From Paraspadella gotoi (lineage: Eukaryota; Animalia; Chaetognatha): a DNA stretch of 64,000 bases. The first letter of the stretch is position 1, and each line of letters starts with the position of its first letter. The stretch is taken from NCBI GenBank assembly GCA_051294375.1, contig CM119269.1:4122557-4186556 (forward strand), in the 5' to 3' direction. This document shows positions 1-14,742 of the stretch, piece by piece. The position numbers were made by a program, and so were the translations under genes. The notes beneath the pieces are model-generated. The model was not told where the DNA came from and ran no database searches. It saw only the letters and a program-made list of their open reading frames with translations.

Positions 1-516
1 TTCGCCCGGATCTCGAACTTTCTCTCGATTTCGTTTCTCCGTCGCCGAGAATTCCCTGAGCAAAGTGGGTGAAGGTAAGTTAAAAGATTACAAGTTGAAA
101 CCGAATTTGGGGCAAAGTTCGAAGAGATTAAGAATTATAAACAAAGTCGCGTTCGGTTATGGGGAAATTAAAAAAAAAAGGTTATTAGAATTGGGATGAG
201 ATAAATTGATAATATAAATTAGGCGATGAGATTTAAAATTTTAAATANNNNNNNNNNNNNNNNNNNNNNNNNNNNNNNNNNNNNNNNNNNNNNNNNNNNN
301 NNNNNNNNNNNNNNNNNNNNNNNNNNNNNNNNNNNNNNNNNNNNNNNNNNNNNNNNNNNNNNNNNNNNNNNNNNNNNNNNNNNNNNNNNNNNNNNNNNNN
401 NNNNNNNNNNNNNNNNNNNNNNNNNNNNNNNNNNNNNNNNNNNNNNNNNNNNNNNNNNNNNNNNNNNNNNNNNNNNNNNNNNNNNNNNNNNNNNNNNNNN
501 NNNNNNNNNNNNNNNN

Positions 517-700
517 AAAATATCACAGGGCCTCGCTATCGAGCCAGAATGACTACCCTGTAAGTGCTTTGTAGGGTAGATGACGGAAAATATAACAGTG
601 CCTTGGTATCGAGCCAGAATGACTACATTATATTTATAAGAGATTAGTAGGGTGAATGATGGAAAATATCACAGGGCCTCGCTATCAAGCCACAACGACC
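517..700 (+). repeat. ~70-bp minisatellite (gagccagaatgactaccctgtaag..gtagggtggatgacggaaaatatcacaggg)
   Basis: Unit repeats at 541 and 611. The same unit occurs at 2820-2935 and inverted at ~1490-1550 and ~17335-17465; it flanks the N gaps. Confidence 0.8.
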
Positions 701-759
701 CCTCACTCCCCTTCTCCCTCACCCTCCCTCTTCTCCTCAACTTCCCTCTCCCTCACCCG

Positions 760-960
760 AACTCACCCGCCTCCTCGGACGCCTTGAGATTGAGCGTGTC
801 GCACAGAGGGACGTCGATCTCGATCGTGTTGGGTTGCTCCGAGGCGAGGTTGCTGAGGCGCTCCCTCTCGACAATGTCGTCGATCATGTCCTCCATCTCG
901 TCGATGTCCATCTCCTCCTCATCCTCTTCCTCCTCCTCCTCGGCTGGAGGAGAGGAGGGA
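760..960 (-). CDS. Putative exon of an unidentified gene (acidic segment)
   Basis: GC-rich; reads PAEEEEEEDEEEMDIDEMEDMIDDIVERERLSNLASEQPNTIEIDVPLCDTLNLKASEEA followed by a gtgagt donor. Confidence 0.5.
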
Positions 961-3385
961 GTTGAAGGTAAATAGAAAGAATTATGAATAAAATGATTTA
1001 ATTAAATATTCATGGGAAAAATTAACTAAATTAATTTATACTTTTTGTTTACAAATAAAAAAGGAATAAATTGAGTGAATGAATGTATTAAAAGAAAAAA
1101 AATATAAAATATAATGCTTATGTACAACTATTAGATAAAATAATTATAAACAGAACTAGAAATATTTCTTTTTGAATAAAAAATATATTAATATAAATAA
1201 CCAAATGGCAGCTGATAAAACGCTTCAGAATTTAGCAATATCTAAATTTGACAAAAAAAGAACAATTTTTGGAACAATAGAAAGGTTTTAATTTGGCAAA
1301 AAACCTCTTTGATTTTCACCTATAAAAACAAAAGCACACGAGACGAACGCGCACGTTTTTTTCGCCTCCGCATTCGCCTCCCCTTCTCGCCCAATTTTTT
1401 GACTCTTGTCCAAGTTCGCCACCTCAAAAAACATGCGCCTGCCGCGCGTTTTCACTCCGCCCTCCGCGGATCGCGTCTGCATCTCTGCCTGTGATATTTT
1501 CACTTCATCCACCCTACTAAGCTCTCTCATAGTGAAGTCGTTCTGGCCCTCGCGAACGCAGGCCCNNNNNNNNNNNNNNNNNNNNNNNNNGGGGAGGAAT
1601 TTGATTGAAGGGAGGAATCAAAGAAGAAAAGAAAAGAAGTTAAGGGGACCAAGTGAACATGGGGGGTAAAAAGCTGAAAACATAACGTTTGACCCTTTAA
1701 CTTAAGCTGGTTCTGATCATATAATTTTTTTTTCTATAATCATTTGGGAAAGTAGTTAAAAAATTCGATAAAATCAGCGAGCTTAATTTTCTTTAAAAAA
1801 TTGGTAAGAAGAAAATCTTTTTCAAATTTAAAATTTTTTTGCTAAAAAAGGGTAAGATCTAATTTTAAAAAGATTTTCAGCTTTTATAACAAAAATTTAA
1901 AAGAAAAAAAAACTAGGAATGAATAAAAATTTAAGGTATCGACTGATTTTATTTAAACATTCTTTTAAAATGATTTTGTTAATTGGATAAAAATAAAACT
2001 CTTTGAAGTAATATAAATATAAAAAGAAGAGAAAGATTCTGTACTTTTGCTAAATTTTTAACTGTTACAATTAGGAAAAGAAAAAAAAAAAAGGAAAAAA
2101 AAAATATTACAAAAAAAAAACAAGTATACCCGACAAAGAAGTAAAAAAATGTCAAAGCTCGGCCGGAAATCCGGATTCCCCTCACCCGGCATCGGCGAGG
2201 CCAAAAATCCGGACGAGTCCCGCAGCGGCGAGGGAGTCCTTCCTCCGCGGAACCGATACGCCGACGGGACCGGCGAAGCGTCGCGGAACATGACCGCCGC
2301 CACGATTGAGTCCGCCAGGGCGTCCTCCGGCCCCAAACAGTCCGGGCCGTGACCGGACCCGTCGAGGCTGCGTTGCGGGGATGTGAGGAGCGGGGTGGGG
2401 ATCGGATCGTCTGGAGATGATTATGGGGAGAGGGGGGCGGGTGAGGGAAAATACGGGGCGCGAAAAGTTAGTAAACTGAAAATTAATGTATTTATATGAT
2501 AAATGGCTATTATTAAAAAAAAAAGGAAAATAAAAAAAACCCAGAAAAGCAGAAAAACACAAAAAAAAAGCATGTCTCAAAATTAGAGAAAGGAAATTTT
2601 CCCCCACCCTCTCTTTTACTATTTCCTTTGACCTCACCCACATTCCTGCCTCGTCATCACTTCGAGTACTTACCTACCTACCTACCGCACTTATCATCCT
2701 CACACCCCTACCTCTTTCTCCTTTCCTCCCCTTTCTCCTCTTAACTTTCCTTCTCCCGTTAATTCCTCAACGCTTCTCATTCTTTCCCTCCCATTTCTTC
2801 CTCCAGTTTCTCCATCACCCCACTATAAGAGCTTAGTAGGGTGGATGACGGAAAATATCACAGGGCCTCACTATCAAGCCAGAACGACTACCCTGTAAGA
2901 GCTTAGTAGGGTGGATGACGGAAAATATCACAGGGNNNNNNNNNNNNNNNNNNNNNNNNNNNNNNNNNNNNNNNNNNNNNNNNNNNNNNNNNNNNNNNNN
3001 NNNNNNNNNNNNNNNNNNNNNNNNNNNNNNNNNNNNNNNNNNNNNNNNNNNNNNNNNNNNNNNNNNNNNNNNNNNNNNNNNNNNNNNNNNNNNNNNNNNN
3101 NNNNNNNNNNNNNNNNNNNNNNNNNNNNNNNNNNAGGAAAGGCGGTGACGAACTTGGGGTCATTTTAAGGGAAATAAATTAAGTAGTGAATAGGTGTTTA
3201 ATTATGGGCGAATTATTTATTAATGTAACATTGATATTTCCAAATCATCTCCACTTGGCAAAAACTCTTTGGCGATTTTTGAAAAGTTTTCACAGCCTTC
3301 TTTTCATTAAACGTCGTTTCTAAACGATTCATAAACAATGTTTATTAAACGTACTTAGTTTTTTTTCCATATTTAAAAAGAGATT

Positions 3386-3705
3386 TCACAACGCCTCCTC
3401 TTCCTCCTTCTTTCCCCGACAAAACTCCAACCTTCCGCTGGCGACGTCGAACCGCAGCAGCGGAAGACACTCTCGATCCTCCTCGTCATTCGCCGCAGCC
3501 GACGCGGCGGACGACGCTGCCGACGACGCCGTCTCCTCCAGCAGATGAGCGACATTTCCGGGCGGCGTCGGCGGCGTCGGCGACGTCGGCGTGGTCACGG
3601 GCGACGGCGACGACGTCTCCCTCGAGCGGTGACGCTTCATCAACGCCGCGCCGCTGGAGGCGCGCCGGCTTTTGAGGATCGAGGCCCGGGTCTTGCAGGA
3701 GGAGG
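3386..3705 (-). CDS. Putative terminal exon of an unidentified gene (S/T/P-rich); a longer second copy is at 18757-19220 (+)
   Basis: GC-rich ORF ..MKRHRSRETSSPSPVTTPTSPTPP..RGKKEEEEAL*. The other copy starts after a cag acceptor with NLKRRKGPKITF. Confidence 0.45.
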
Positions 3706-6700
3706 AACTTTCCTCGTGTGTTTTTTTAACGGGATTTTCGATTCAAATCTGTGATTCACTTCTGTGACATTAACAGTGACATTTGTCTCGCCCTTTTCAC
3801 CGCTTTTAAAATTACCATTGATTAAAGTAAAACTCAACTCAACTCACTATGCTATACGTCGAATTATTAGATTCGGTCTGACTTACCAAGCGAGGCGAAA
3901 CCGGTAACATTTTCAAAAAATTCGAGAACTCTCTCTTCTCTCTCTCTCTCTGTCTCCCACTTTCTGCCTTTTCTTTTCTTTCTCTCCCCCTTTCTCTGCC
4001 CTTCTTATTCGTTAAACAATTCTTGGAAAAAGCCTCGTTAAAAAACAGGTTTAAGAGATAACAACTTTGGCTTACGCCTTGAAAACTGCCGTTCGCTTTT
4101 GTAACTTTGATGCAACGAAAGCGAGCAGAAATTTAAGTGCGGATCGCCCTAATTTTATGAGCCAGTTTTTTGTCATGAGACCAAATAGTTTTGATTGTCG
4201 ACTCAACGAAGAACGAGTGTTATTTAGATTCTGATAAATTAATAATAATTAATTAATTAATTAATAAGATCCAAAATTTTTATTTGCAAGATTTTAAACT
4301 TAATTTTTAATTTGTATATTGGAAACTGTGAGCAGACTCTATTAATTCGAGGTGATTTGTACTGAATTTTTTTTTTTTTTTTTTGACATTTATATCGATT
4401 TTCGGTAATAAAAAAGTTAATAAAAGTCGTAATGGTTAACAATAGAAAGTTTTCAGGCTACAACAAGTAATAAAAATTCCTTGCGAATAGTCACTGAAAA
4501 GTGCCATTTATTTTCAAGTAATAATTAACTTTCGATTAGCTCGTTTAAAAATGTGAAGGAAGCATTCTTTGACGGAACAAATACCGGATTTCACTTGTCT
4601 TTTTCTCCCGGGTCATTAAAAACGGGAGTTCAAAAGTTAAGCCAGGAATTATATTTATCTTACAACTCCGGTGCAACTGTGCACAATGATTTACAGCGGG
4701 AATTGTTTTGTTTCTTTTCGTTTCGTTGCGTTTGTAGCATTAAAGGGCGAATAGTTTTGTTATTATTTTGAACAAAGAATTTATTTTGTATGAAAAATGG
4801 ACATGTCGGCTTCAATGTAAGCTTCATCAGCGCAAATGTGAAATTGAATTTTGATTTAAATTATATTCAAGGTTTGAAGTTGAGACGAGAGATGAGAGAG
4901 AAAGAGAGCAGAGAGAGAGAGATGAGAGAGACGAGGAGAGAGAGAGAGAAAGCAGGGAGCAAGTTTCCAAAAAGAATTTGAAGAAAAGTACAGTGGTAGA
5001 CTGGAGAATAGGTTAAGGCTGAGGACAAGGAGAGTGAAGGAGAGTGACAAAGAGAATTGAAAAATTTGGTTCAGATTTTTGTTTACAGTAAAATTCATTT
5101 ACGTAATGTAAATGAAACATTAATTCTTTTAAAATAGTAAACTATGAAAAATAAACAATTAAACTTAAATTAATTTTTAGATTTAATAGGAGAATGAAAA
5201 ATGAAATATCAAAGATAAAATTCAGCCTCCTTGTATTTTGATGCTAGTGCGGGAGTACAATAAGTATTCCCTGATCTAATACTTAAGGCGCAGTGGTCTT
5301 TCATACAATTGAAACATCTTTGAAATATTTTCCACTTCATTGATAGGGGAAGCCAGCGTACTCTGGGAGGAATAACGAGACTGTTGAGAGAGTCTTGATT
5401 TGAGAAGCTTGCAGGGACCTGCTATGTCTTTATCTTGGCTAAGAGTGGATGGGCGGGCCTTAAACAACAAAGCCTTCCAAAGTCAGGGGCAAGATAGCTT
5501 ATTTATTAAAATGAATGGATAATTTTTATATTGCGTTGGTACCCAATTTCATAAAGATAGAGAATAGGTTAAAGAGAAAGAAAGTGAAAAATGAAGAAAA
5601 GAAAGAGCTCAAAATAGTAAGCTGACCCCCTCCCTTTTTTTGGACAAAGGAAAGGTACGGCACATGACCTGAAAGTCAATGAGATAAAATTATTCATTAC
5701 ATTTCTGAGAAAATTTCAATGGAGCAAATTTTTCAAAATGGCAAGAAAAGCATTAGTAATTAATTTTTTAATATTTATTATAGATAGGAATGTCAAAAAT
5801 TTTTTTTTGGAAAATTTTTTATTTTTAAAAGCGATTCAAATAGCTTATGAAAAGTTATCTACACAAAGTATAATTCTTTTTTCAATATTGGGATGATTAA
5901 GTGGGTTTAAAATGAGAAAAACCTTAAAAATAATCATCATCATCATCATCGCATGATTTTACAGTTTTTACTAATTTTTACTAATTAAAACATCAAAAAT
6001 TTAAAAAGTTGTAATTAATTTTTGCTTAACTCTTTTAAGCTCTAATCAGAATCATTAAAAAAACTTCAAAATATCCCAAATTTTTAACATTATTATAGCA
6101 AATATAATAATTATTAATTAGCGAATTACTCATCGGTTCGGAACATTTTTTTTGCAAAAAATATTAACAAAAATAATTTAATACCAATTAGTTAAATGCT
6201 GTTCCCATTTAAAATTTGAATTTTGTCGGCTCCCCGCTAAAATACGATAAACGATAAGGTGCTTGTTTCTTATTATTAAGACGGGAGAGAGATGCGTAGC
6301 AGCATTTGACAGTACCCGGTTTGATTACCTTACCTTTTCGCTGTTTTTTTTTGTTTTTTATTTTTTGAATGCCGTTCTTGTCGTTGTTCTTTTTTTTTAA
6401 ATTTGTCGCAAGTACAGTTTTTCGTCGTTTCGTTGTAGCATTGAAGGAGACGGGTGTTGTCGTTGTTGTTGTGAATACTTTATAAACATCGAGAATGAAT
6501 CAGCTAAGGAAAAGTATTTCCGAGGACAAAATATTAAAAATACAAATTGTACGAGACCGTCTCATCCGCGATCGGATTCGGCGTCCGTTCACGAAACTGT
6601 TTATGGTTATGCTTCCGTGTGCAAAACCTTGCTCGATAACTCACGCCCAACACTTCTGAACTTACTGACCAAAGTCTGGCAGAATTGACGGGTAAATAAA

Positions 6701-7336
6701 CAAGTCAGCCCGTCAAATCCCGTCCGCGTCGTATTAAAAAGTTTGATTGATTAAAATATACTAATTAAAACACTTTTAATTCAATTCCCCCCCCCCTCTG
6801 TCCCAAACGCTTGCTCCCTTAAGAAACGCGATGGCCAGATTTGTCACTTTTCACATCCGCTAAAATCCGTCTTTCCGTCTTTCCTTAATAAAAACAAAGC
6901 GTTCGGCGCGAGACCCTTTCCTCAAATAAAAATAAAGTCCGCGCCCCGCTGCGATTCGCCGCCGGTTCGTACGGCCCTCAGCCTGCGTCAGATCTCGTTG
7001 ACCACCGCGTGATCCCTTCCGCGCTCTTTCCACGCCAAGACCGGGACTGGTCTCCCTTACGGAGAGAACCAAAGTTGTTTTCTTTTTAGTATAGGGATCT
7101 GGTTTTCTGACGACAAATGCAAATCGAAAGTTGGAAAACGATTTCAGAGCAAAAATCGTCAATTCGTAATAAAAACGTTTTCCGAGGCTGTTGAGGCAGT
7201 GTGAAATATACCTCCCTACTTCGATGTTGTTCGCACTGAGGGCGTTGCTTAATCGAAGTTCATCATCAGTTCGTCGTCGAGTCGTCGTCGAGAAAAAAAA
7301 AGAAAAAAAGATATGATGAAAGAAAGCAAAGAATAA

Positions 7337-7376
<40 letters not shown>

Positions 7377-7523
7377 AGATAAGAACGGAAAGATAGAAAG
7401 AAATAATACATAAATAAATAAGAAACTATATAAATAAAAAAATAATTAAATAAATAAATAAATAATAAATAAATAAACAAATAATAAATAATAAATAAAT
7501 AAATAAATAAATAAATAAATTAA

Positions 7524-7558
<35 letters not shown>

Positions 7559-9688
7559 AATAAATAAATAAAATAATTAATTATATAAAATTGGTTTACC
7601 CAATTTCATAAAATTCCGCTCCCTGTATTTTGATGGTAGGCGGAGTACTTTGAAATATAATTGCAACTTCCATTGATAGGGAAGCAAAGGTACTCTGCGG
7701 TAATGGATAAACGAAACTGTTGAGAAAGTTTTTTAATTGAAAGCTGCTATGTGTTATCTTGTAAGAGTGATGGAGGCCTATCTAGGAATATCTACCGTAC
7801 CGACAGGCAGTTAGACTTTCGAATTCCCAGCCCGAAGGTGGTAATACTAAAATAGCTTCCTTAGTAAGACCGACGTATAATCCAAAGATCTTAATTAATC
7901 CCTTCACAACGATTTGATGTCTTTCAAATATAGTTTACTCAGACCATTCAAAATATAAGTCAATCAATTCTACCAGCTCTGTATATCCGTCTATTCTCCT
8001 CTGCATATAAAAATAATTGGACAAATTTCTCCCAGTCCCTTCGGAGAGTGAGTACATGAGACGTACCGGCGACGGAAATTCTTCTCCGCTTTTGCGCTTC
8101 TCCGCGCGGGGACAATTTTCAAAACAGTTCCTGTTTTCCTAATTATTGATTTCAAATGGTTTTTGCCGGGCGTCGGCCTCGAAATCGGTTCCAGAGTTCC
8201 CGGGACCCCCGAACCGGTTTTTAGTCGGATGTGCTTATCAGCACGATCCCGACTCTATAATTTCACTTTTGTCGGCGTCCGTCGGTCCGCCCCCTCAATC
8301 TTGTCGCGGCACTCACTAATATTCATGTTTCAGAACAATCGAATTATGATCAATATTATGCAACCAAGTTTTGAGCAAACAATGTCGGAACTGATTGATT
8401 AATTATGATTAATTTATCGGACTAATTGATTAATTTAACTGATAATTATTTGATGTAATTAATACACCCTGCATTCACATTTTAAAATTAAAAATAAAAT
8501 AAAGCATAATCAATTAGGTTAAACAGGTTCTTGTTTTTAAACTCATCCACTCAAACGATTCCATTCGATACTTTGATTTCCTGCTCAATCACACACTTTC
8601 CTACCCACATACAAAATTCCATTCAATTCATTTTATTTTAATTCATTTTATTCAATTTCATTTTTATTCAATTCATTTTATTCAATTATTTTCATTCATT
8701 TCATTCCATCCAATTCATTATATACAATTATTTTCATTCAATTTATTTCATTTCAATCATTTTATTTCAATTCATTTCATTCAATTCATTTTAGTCAATT
8801 CTTTTAACTTTATTCAATTCAATTTTATTCCAATAATCATCATCATCATTCAATATCATTATATTCAATCATTTAATCATTCAGTTATTGAGTGAGGTGA
8901 GCAGTATATACAATTGCTTGAGTCAGATAAGCTTAGATATCATAAATTGAATTGTGATTTCTCAAATCCTTAATACATGTGATCATACTTTAGAATAGAA
9001 CGTCAGATCGATTTTTATTTGAAATAATGTAATTGTAAACTTGATATTACAGGTCAATCGTTTCAAATTGAAAAACAAACAACTAAATTCTTAATTATTT
9101 ATTTATTTTATTTATTAAAAACTAGATTTATAAAATTGTGTATAAGATCGTTGAAGGAACCATGCTGAATTAAATAGCCCGTTTAGTCACTGGTATCGTA
9201 ATACTACTTCATACCGACAATCGCATTACTTTAATCACATTCCCCTATAACTGGATAATCTTTTGCCCGAAGTCACGATCTCGACTCCCTTACAATATAC
9301 CTCGAGCGCTCACATACAATTCAAATCCGTACCGGACATGACGTCGACCATGATGCAGTTGACCATAATCGCGGACGGGTTAAGTCCCCCGATTCACGAC
9401 GCTATGGCTAACTCACCCTAGCCTCGATCCTAAACGGTGAGCTTCAGGTCTATTCGCCTGTGAAACTTATGTATTCATTCCCCGACGACCCCCCGCTGTT
9501 TCCTCCGTCTTCCTCCTCCCTTATAAATAGGTGAATGTACGTCCCCAAAAGAACGCAAGGTCTTATCCGAACACAATGACCAGTAGTAAAAACACAGCAG
9601 GCCGAAAAACACAAGTCGGATTTAAAAGGAAAAAAAAATAGTATTTCTCTTTAACGTGTTATTACTGCGTCCACTCTAGAAAAAAAAG

Positions 9689-12600
9689 ATGGGCGGCGAC
9701 TATTTGGTTGCACTGCTTACATAACGATTAACGGGTCAGCTTGTATAGTATGGAGAGGACGCGTGCGAACTTATTGAGCGAGTATAAGTAACGCCAATGT
9801 GAATAAAGAGAAACTAAAAGCTCGTAATCTGTAAAGTCGCTTTGGTTCCAGTGGCCAATCCAGAACTCTGAGAAAACAGAGTGCCACCAAGGTGAAATAG
9901 GTTAGTAATAATACAAAATTCTAATTTTAGATCTGAATCTGCCCCAGATGTTACTAACTAATCATTATTGTTAACTTTTACCACCTGTGAGTCTCTAATA
10001 CTCAAGCATGCATGTGGAGCTTTAACATTTAAAAGTGAAATCGAACCTATATTCAAAAATATAATTAACTATTAATTCGGCTATTTATCTATACTCCTAG
10101 GCGTCAGTGATGCCATGACGGCGCAATTTGTTTAACTTGATCTCTTGTCGATTAATTAAAAGGAATTGTACGACTTTTTGTGTCAAATCCTTAGATAAAC
10201 AATGTGTCCGTGTCTATCCATGGAAATGCCGGATATCCTATAAGTCTGTAAAGATCAGAAGGCATAAAAAATTTAACCAAGAAATCATATAATTACAGCT
10301 TTAAAATTTTATCTTTTCCTATGTATATAAAATGGAATTTAAAATTATCCAGGAAGAATGAATGATCCTTGATATTTTTACGGTTCTATATCTGAATCAC
10401 TTATCATGAAATAATTTAAGAATACTTGTTAAGAGATGTATTTCAGCTATAGCCTGTACTGGTCTATTATATATGATGGTCGTACGAAAAGGTTTATCTC
10501 GAATAAGTAGACATGACTGCGAAATCTATAGAGTTACGTGTTAATAGTAAGAGAACAAACGTAAAAGAAAATGTAATTAGTAGTCAAGCCATTAGAACTA
10601 GAAATATAAGATAATATTTACACAGAAAGATTGATGTACACATCATTTGAATGAAGATAAATGAGTAAGAGAAAGAGACAAGATACACCTAAGAAAGATA
10701 ATAGATATAGACTCCTAGAGAAAGAAAAGTATACACGGAAAAAATATCTCTGGTACACAGTTTATCGTAAACATTCCTTGGTTTAGAATACAATTACGTT
10801 ATTTCTACTGCCTCGCTCATCCTGTGCCATCTCTTATCACCTCGCGAGTAAGGTCGATACAATAACTGAGCGATTATGCCTGATTGTCCCTTCAAGACTG
10901 ACAGATCCATATGGAAATCAGAAGGACAATTATAATGACAATGTGATGAATAATGAATGTCTTCATCAATGATGAATAGTAATGGACGGCCCTGGCCCAT
11001 CACGGTATAGAGCGTCGATGAAATAAAAAAGATACGCTCATAGTTGTGATAAGATTCGCCACGATTCAGACGTACTGAACTGACTGTCCTTCAGATGAAA
11101 TCTGGACGAGATACGTGATAAGAAATACTTACACTGCCGCATGAAAAGTACATGGAATGGGATCCGCGAAAAATGAGAAAGGAACATGTACAGATCATCT
11201 CCACAAGGAATGAGATCTGGTAACTGTATACCGTGATCAAACTGAAAAACTCAAGTACAATCGAACCTAATAATACACTCGCGATCGTAATGCACTTTGA
11301 GGATTACTGACCCATCCCGAGAGAACATGGGGATGCATCCTATATGGCTCAGATATACCGTATATACTCAAACCTACTTACCAAATAGAGTCAACTTTTT
11401 AACAACTCCCCAGTATAGCAAGCCTTCATGTGAAATAAATATTAAAGCCGAGATTGCGTGTGTGCGTCATTTATTTTCTCGTCCGCAGCAACCAAGAAAA
11501 GAACACGGATTCAATAAAGAACATGCTATGGAGTCCGCTAAATACCGCGAATGTATACCACACTCGACTCGACCCATGGAACCGCGAGAAGCACTGGTGG
11601 TATGCCGTAGTGATAGAGTGGACGGTATTCTAGAGAATGCTCATGATGTCCGTCTATACTAGATCAACCAAGAATTCCACTAATATGGTGCAATCAGGAT
11701 TATGCTCCTACATCGCAACCTCTTCAAACCGATCAGTATCCGAACGATTGCCCACCTCATGCATTCAATAATATACGCTGAAATATAGTTCTAATGAAAG
11801 CTACTTGGACTTCGTATAATGGTTAATCTTATGTGCACTGCAAGAAAAACCAGAAGAAGTATGTTCAGCTCATAAGGGAAAGAGCGAGCAGGAAATCAAC
11901 ACCTAAATAAACGATCAATGCTGGAACTCACAGTCAAGGAAGAGATGAACTGCTCAGGAAGAAAGTAAACCAATTACTGATGCATACGAAAGAGAGTTGA
12001 ATCGCATAAGATCACCTGAGAAGGACACGATTGAGTATGAGCTTCTATCATTGTCATCAAGTGCGAAGGCGGGAATGCTGCCTAAAAACTGAAGTGGTCA
12101 CAGTTAAATCTAGTCAGACGTTACGACAACGGCAACCGGCGGACTCTGCGACCTGCAACAGTGATCCCGATCACACGTCCATCCCAACGGCACGCCACTG
12201 TCAGACCGCCCGGAGATCACTATGCCACGTACGTCGCGGGTTGAATCGCTGTACGACGATGAACAACCAGAGCCGTCCACTATAAACCCGCCTCTCAAGA
12301 GAACACGAAGACGAAAGACGTGCAGCGAGTTGAAGGCATTTCCTCGAGAGCCAAGGTCGGATCGCGAGCGAGGCTCGATTCTCCTCGAAATGGTTGCCGA
12401 GGAAGGAGCGTGTGAGGATATCGCACGTGTGAAGATCTCGAAAAATCCGGTGAATACTCCCCTCTATGATAAAGTTGTCGAATACTTTCACCTCCAACTC
12501 TGACTACATAGTATGGAACGAGGTAATACGATCTACCAATATTATGCTTTCGAATGTAGGAAGAAAGGATGCAAAGATAGCAATTACTCAAGAACGAAAC

Positions 12601-13593
12601 ACTGAACAACACTACAATGTGAGAACTAATCAAAGCAGAATTGAGGATCATCGTAGTAGAACATGGTTAATTAGATATACAAAACATTATTTTATCTATA
12701 AATATTGTATTGTTTAATCACATCTGGCTCCTGTCTATACCAGTTGCAGGATACAAGAGATATAGTCCACGATAATAACTTACTAAACTTGCGCAGACTA
12801 AATAGCCAGCAACAATCTGATAAAACTCACACCTTGAATCTATGAGGAGATGATACACTTACCGCGCTATTCGCTGACTGTAATTTTTTCACTTATTTCC
12901 CCCTTTTTTTAACTTGATATACTTTGTTTTACTGAGTATCAATTACACGTCAATATCGTCCGGAGGCATGTAGTGACAGAAGACTAACCGGCATGAAAAT
13001 GGACGGCGATCGACATGGGGAGACATTAAAGAACAAACCGACGAGCAGAGATGGTCAAATAGAAAGACTGATCAAAATAGACGATCACTAGAATTATAGC
13101 CAATAAAGAGAATTCTAATGCAGGGATTTCAAGAAGGAAGAATAGAAAGAGGTAACGCTTTGCAACACGAAAACATACTTGTTCCAAAATGTTGAAATCT
13201 AATTGTGTAATATCGTCGCCCTTAGGACTCGAAACAAAAGCTCTGAGATCCGACCCATATTCCGACTTTCATAATCACAGACGTAATATAAAGACTACGA
13301 CACTACGCGTATTTGCAAGTAGGAACAACAGCCCTTCACCTGCTCACGTACTAATATCACTACGTATTCGTAATATAGAGTCTGTTTAAAAAGTAAAATT
13401 AAACCACGTTAATTACAATGTAAATAAAATCGCTCTCTGTTATTCGTTGTATTGGTTATTAGAGGAAACAAATAGTGTTTTGGAAATTTTACAACGATTT
13501 TTTTTTTTTCACCTATCCTCACATACTGACCACAATGTTCTTTACTCAATTCTTGTGTGAAGCTCTCTCTCGATCTCTCGTCTTTCTCTAACT

Positions 13594-13634
<41 letters not shown>

Positions 13635-14742
13635 ATCCTAACTCAAATCTCACTTCTTGTACTCTAACCAAAGTCAGAATGAAGAACAAATACGAAAGTT
13701 ATAAAGAAAAAGATGTGAATTTCAAATGCTGATGAGACTCGAACCCAGAAGAGTCGAAACATGTCCCTTTATTGAAAATAAATTCGTAACAAATTCAAAA
13801 AACACTTTGTTCCCTCATAAATTCCACTTTTAAAAAAAAAAAAAAGGACTTGTTTCGACAAACTTCCTCTCTCAGTACAGGAATTGAGGATTGGGAATCT
13901 CACGCCGTCAGACGCCACGACGGCGATACGAGAACGCCGTGATCAAGTTCCAGGCGTTCTCGTGCGTCGGAGAAGCGAGATACGATGGACAAGAAACAGC
14001 GCTGGAACTCGACGTGCGACGTCGACATCTGCGCCGACAAACCCTGGATCATGGGCTTCGACGAGCTCGGCCTGTACCAAGAAGGGTGGAAGTTAAAATG
14101 ATGAGCTCGATGATGCGGTGGACAAATGGGCGTGCCATGGAATGGCATGACCGCGCCCCCCTCGCTCAAACTCTCCGCCTAACGGGACGAAAAAGGAGTA
14201 AAAAGAATTTGTTTAAAAAAAAAAAAAATAAATAAAAAGTGGATAATTTTTTTAATTAATTTTAATTTAATTTAGTAAAAATAAAAAGTTATATTTTTAT
14301 TAATTGATTCAATCGATCGATAAATTAGGGAAAGCATTATTTCATAATAAACCAAATAAATTTAAAAAATTAATCTAAAACATTAGGCAATAAAGCATTA
14401 AAACAACGATATAACCACAAACGTGTCTTTCTAAAAGCAATTGTTTTTCCAGATACTTTGACTAAGTTATCATCAAAGAAAGAAAAACTAATATTTATGA
14501 AAAGAGAATAAAGTCAGCAGAATAAAGAGAGCGAAAGAGAGAGAGAGAGAGAGAGAGAACGAGAGAGGAGAGAGAGAGAGAGAGAGAGTAAAATGACGTG
14601 ACATAAAGAAGCATTTCCCTGTCAGACTTTGATCAAACACGCCCCAAAAGAGGGACTGCCCCGTCCCCCGCCGTCTTTCACCATCAAAGAATAAAATTAA
14701 AATCCCCAAAATCAATAAAATCAATCATTTAAACCCATTGCC
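9689..14742 (+). other. Very error-rich redundant copy of paralog A exons 1-9 (raw long-read quality)
   Basis: Collinear with the reverse complement of 22-24.7 kb and with 32.2-33.5 kb. Dense single-base insertions affect exons and introns alike. Confidence 0.75.

Noticed and set aside
226-552. ORFs spanning N runs (also 2903-3168)
   Set aside because: Assembly gaps
517-700. CRISPR-like array
   Set aside because: Head-to-tail 70-bp units with no unique spacers, in a eukaryotic context
6860-7480. 206-aa ORF and other F/L/S- or R/E-rich ORFs (for example 25350-25676, 29826-30113, 49028-49321)
   Set aside because: Translations of microsatellites
9689-14742. Ancient pseudogene or fourth paralog of the ZP family
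   Set aside because: Differences are insertion-dominated, affect introns and exons equally, and grade into near-identical flanks; this is the signature of raw long-read error
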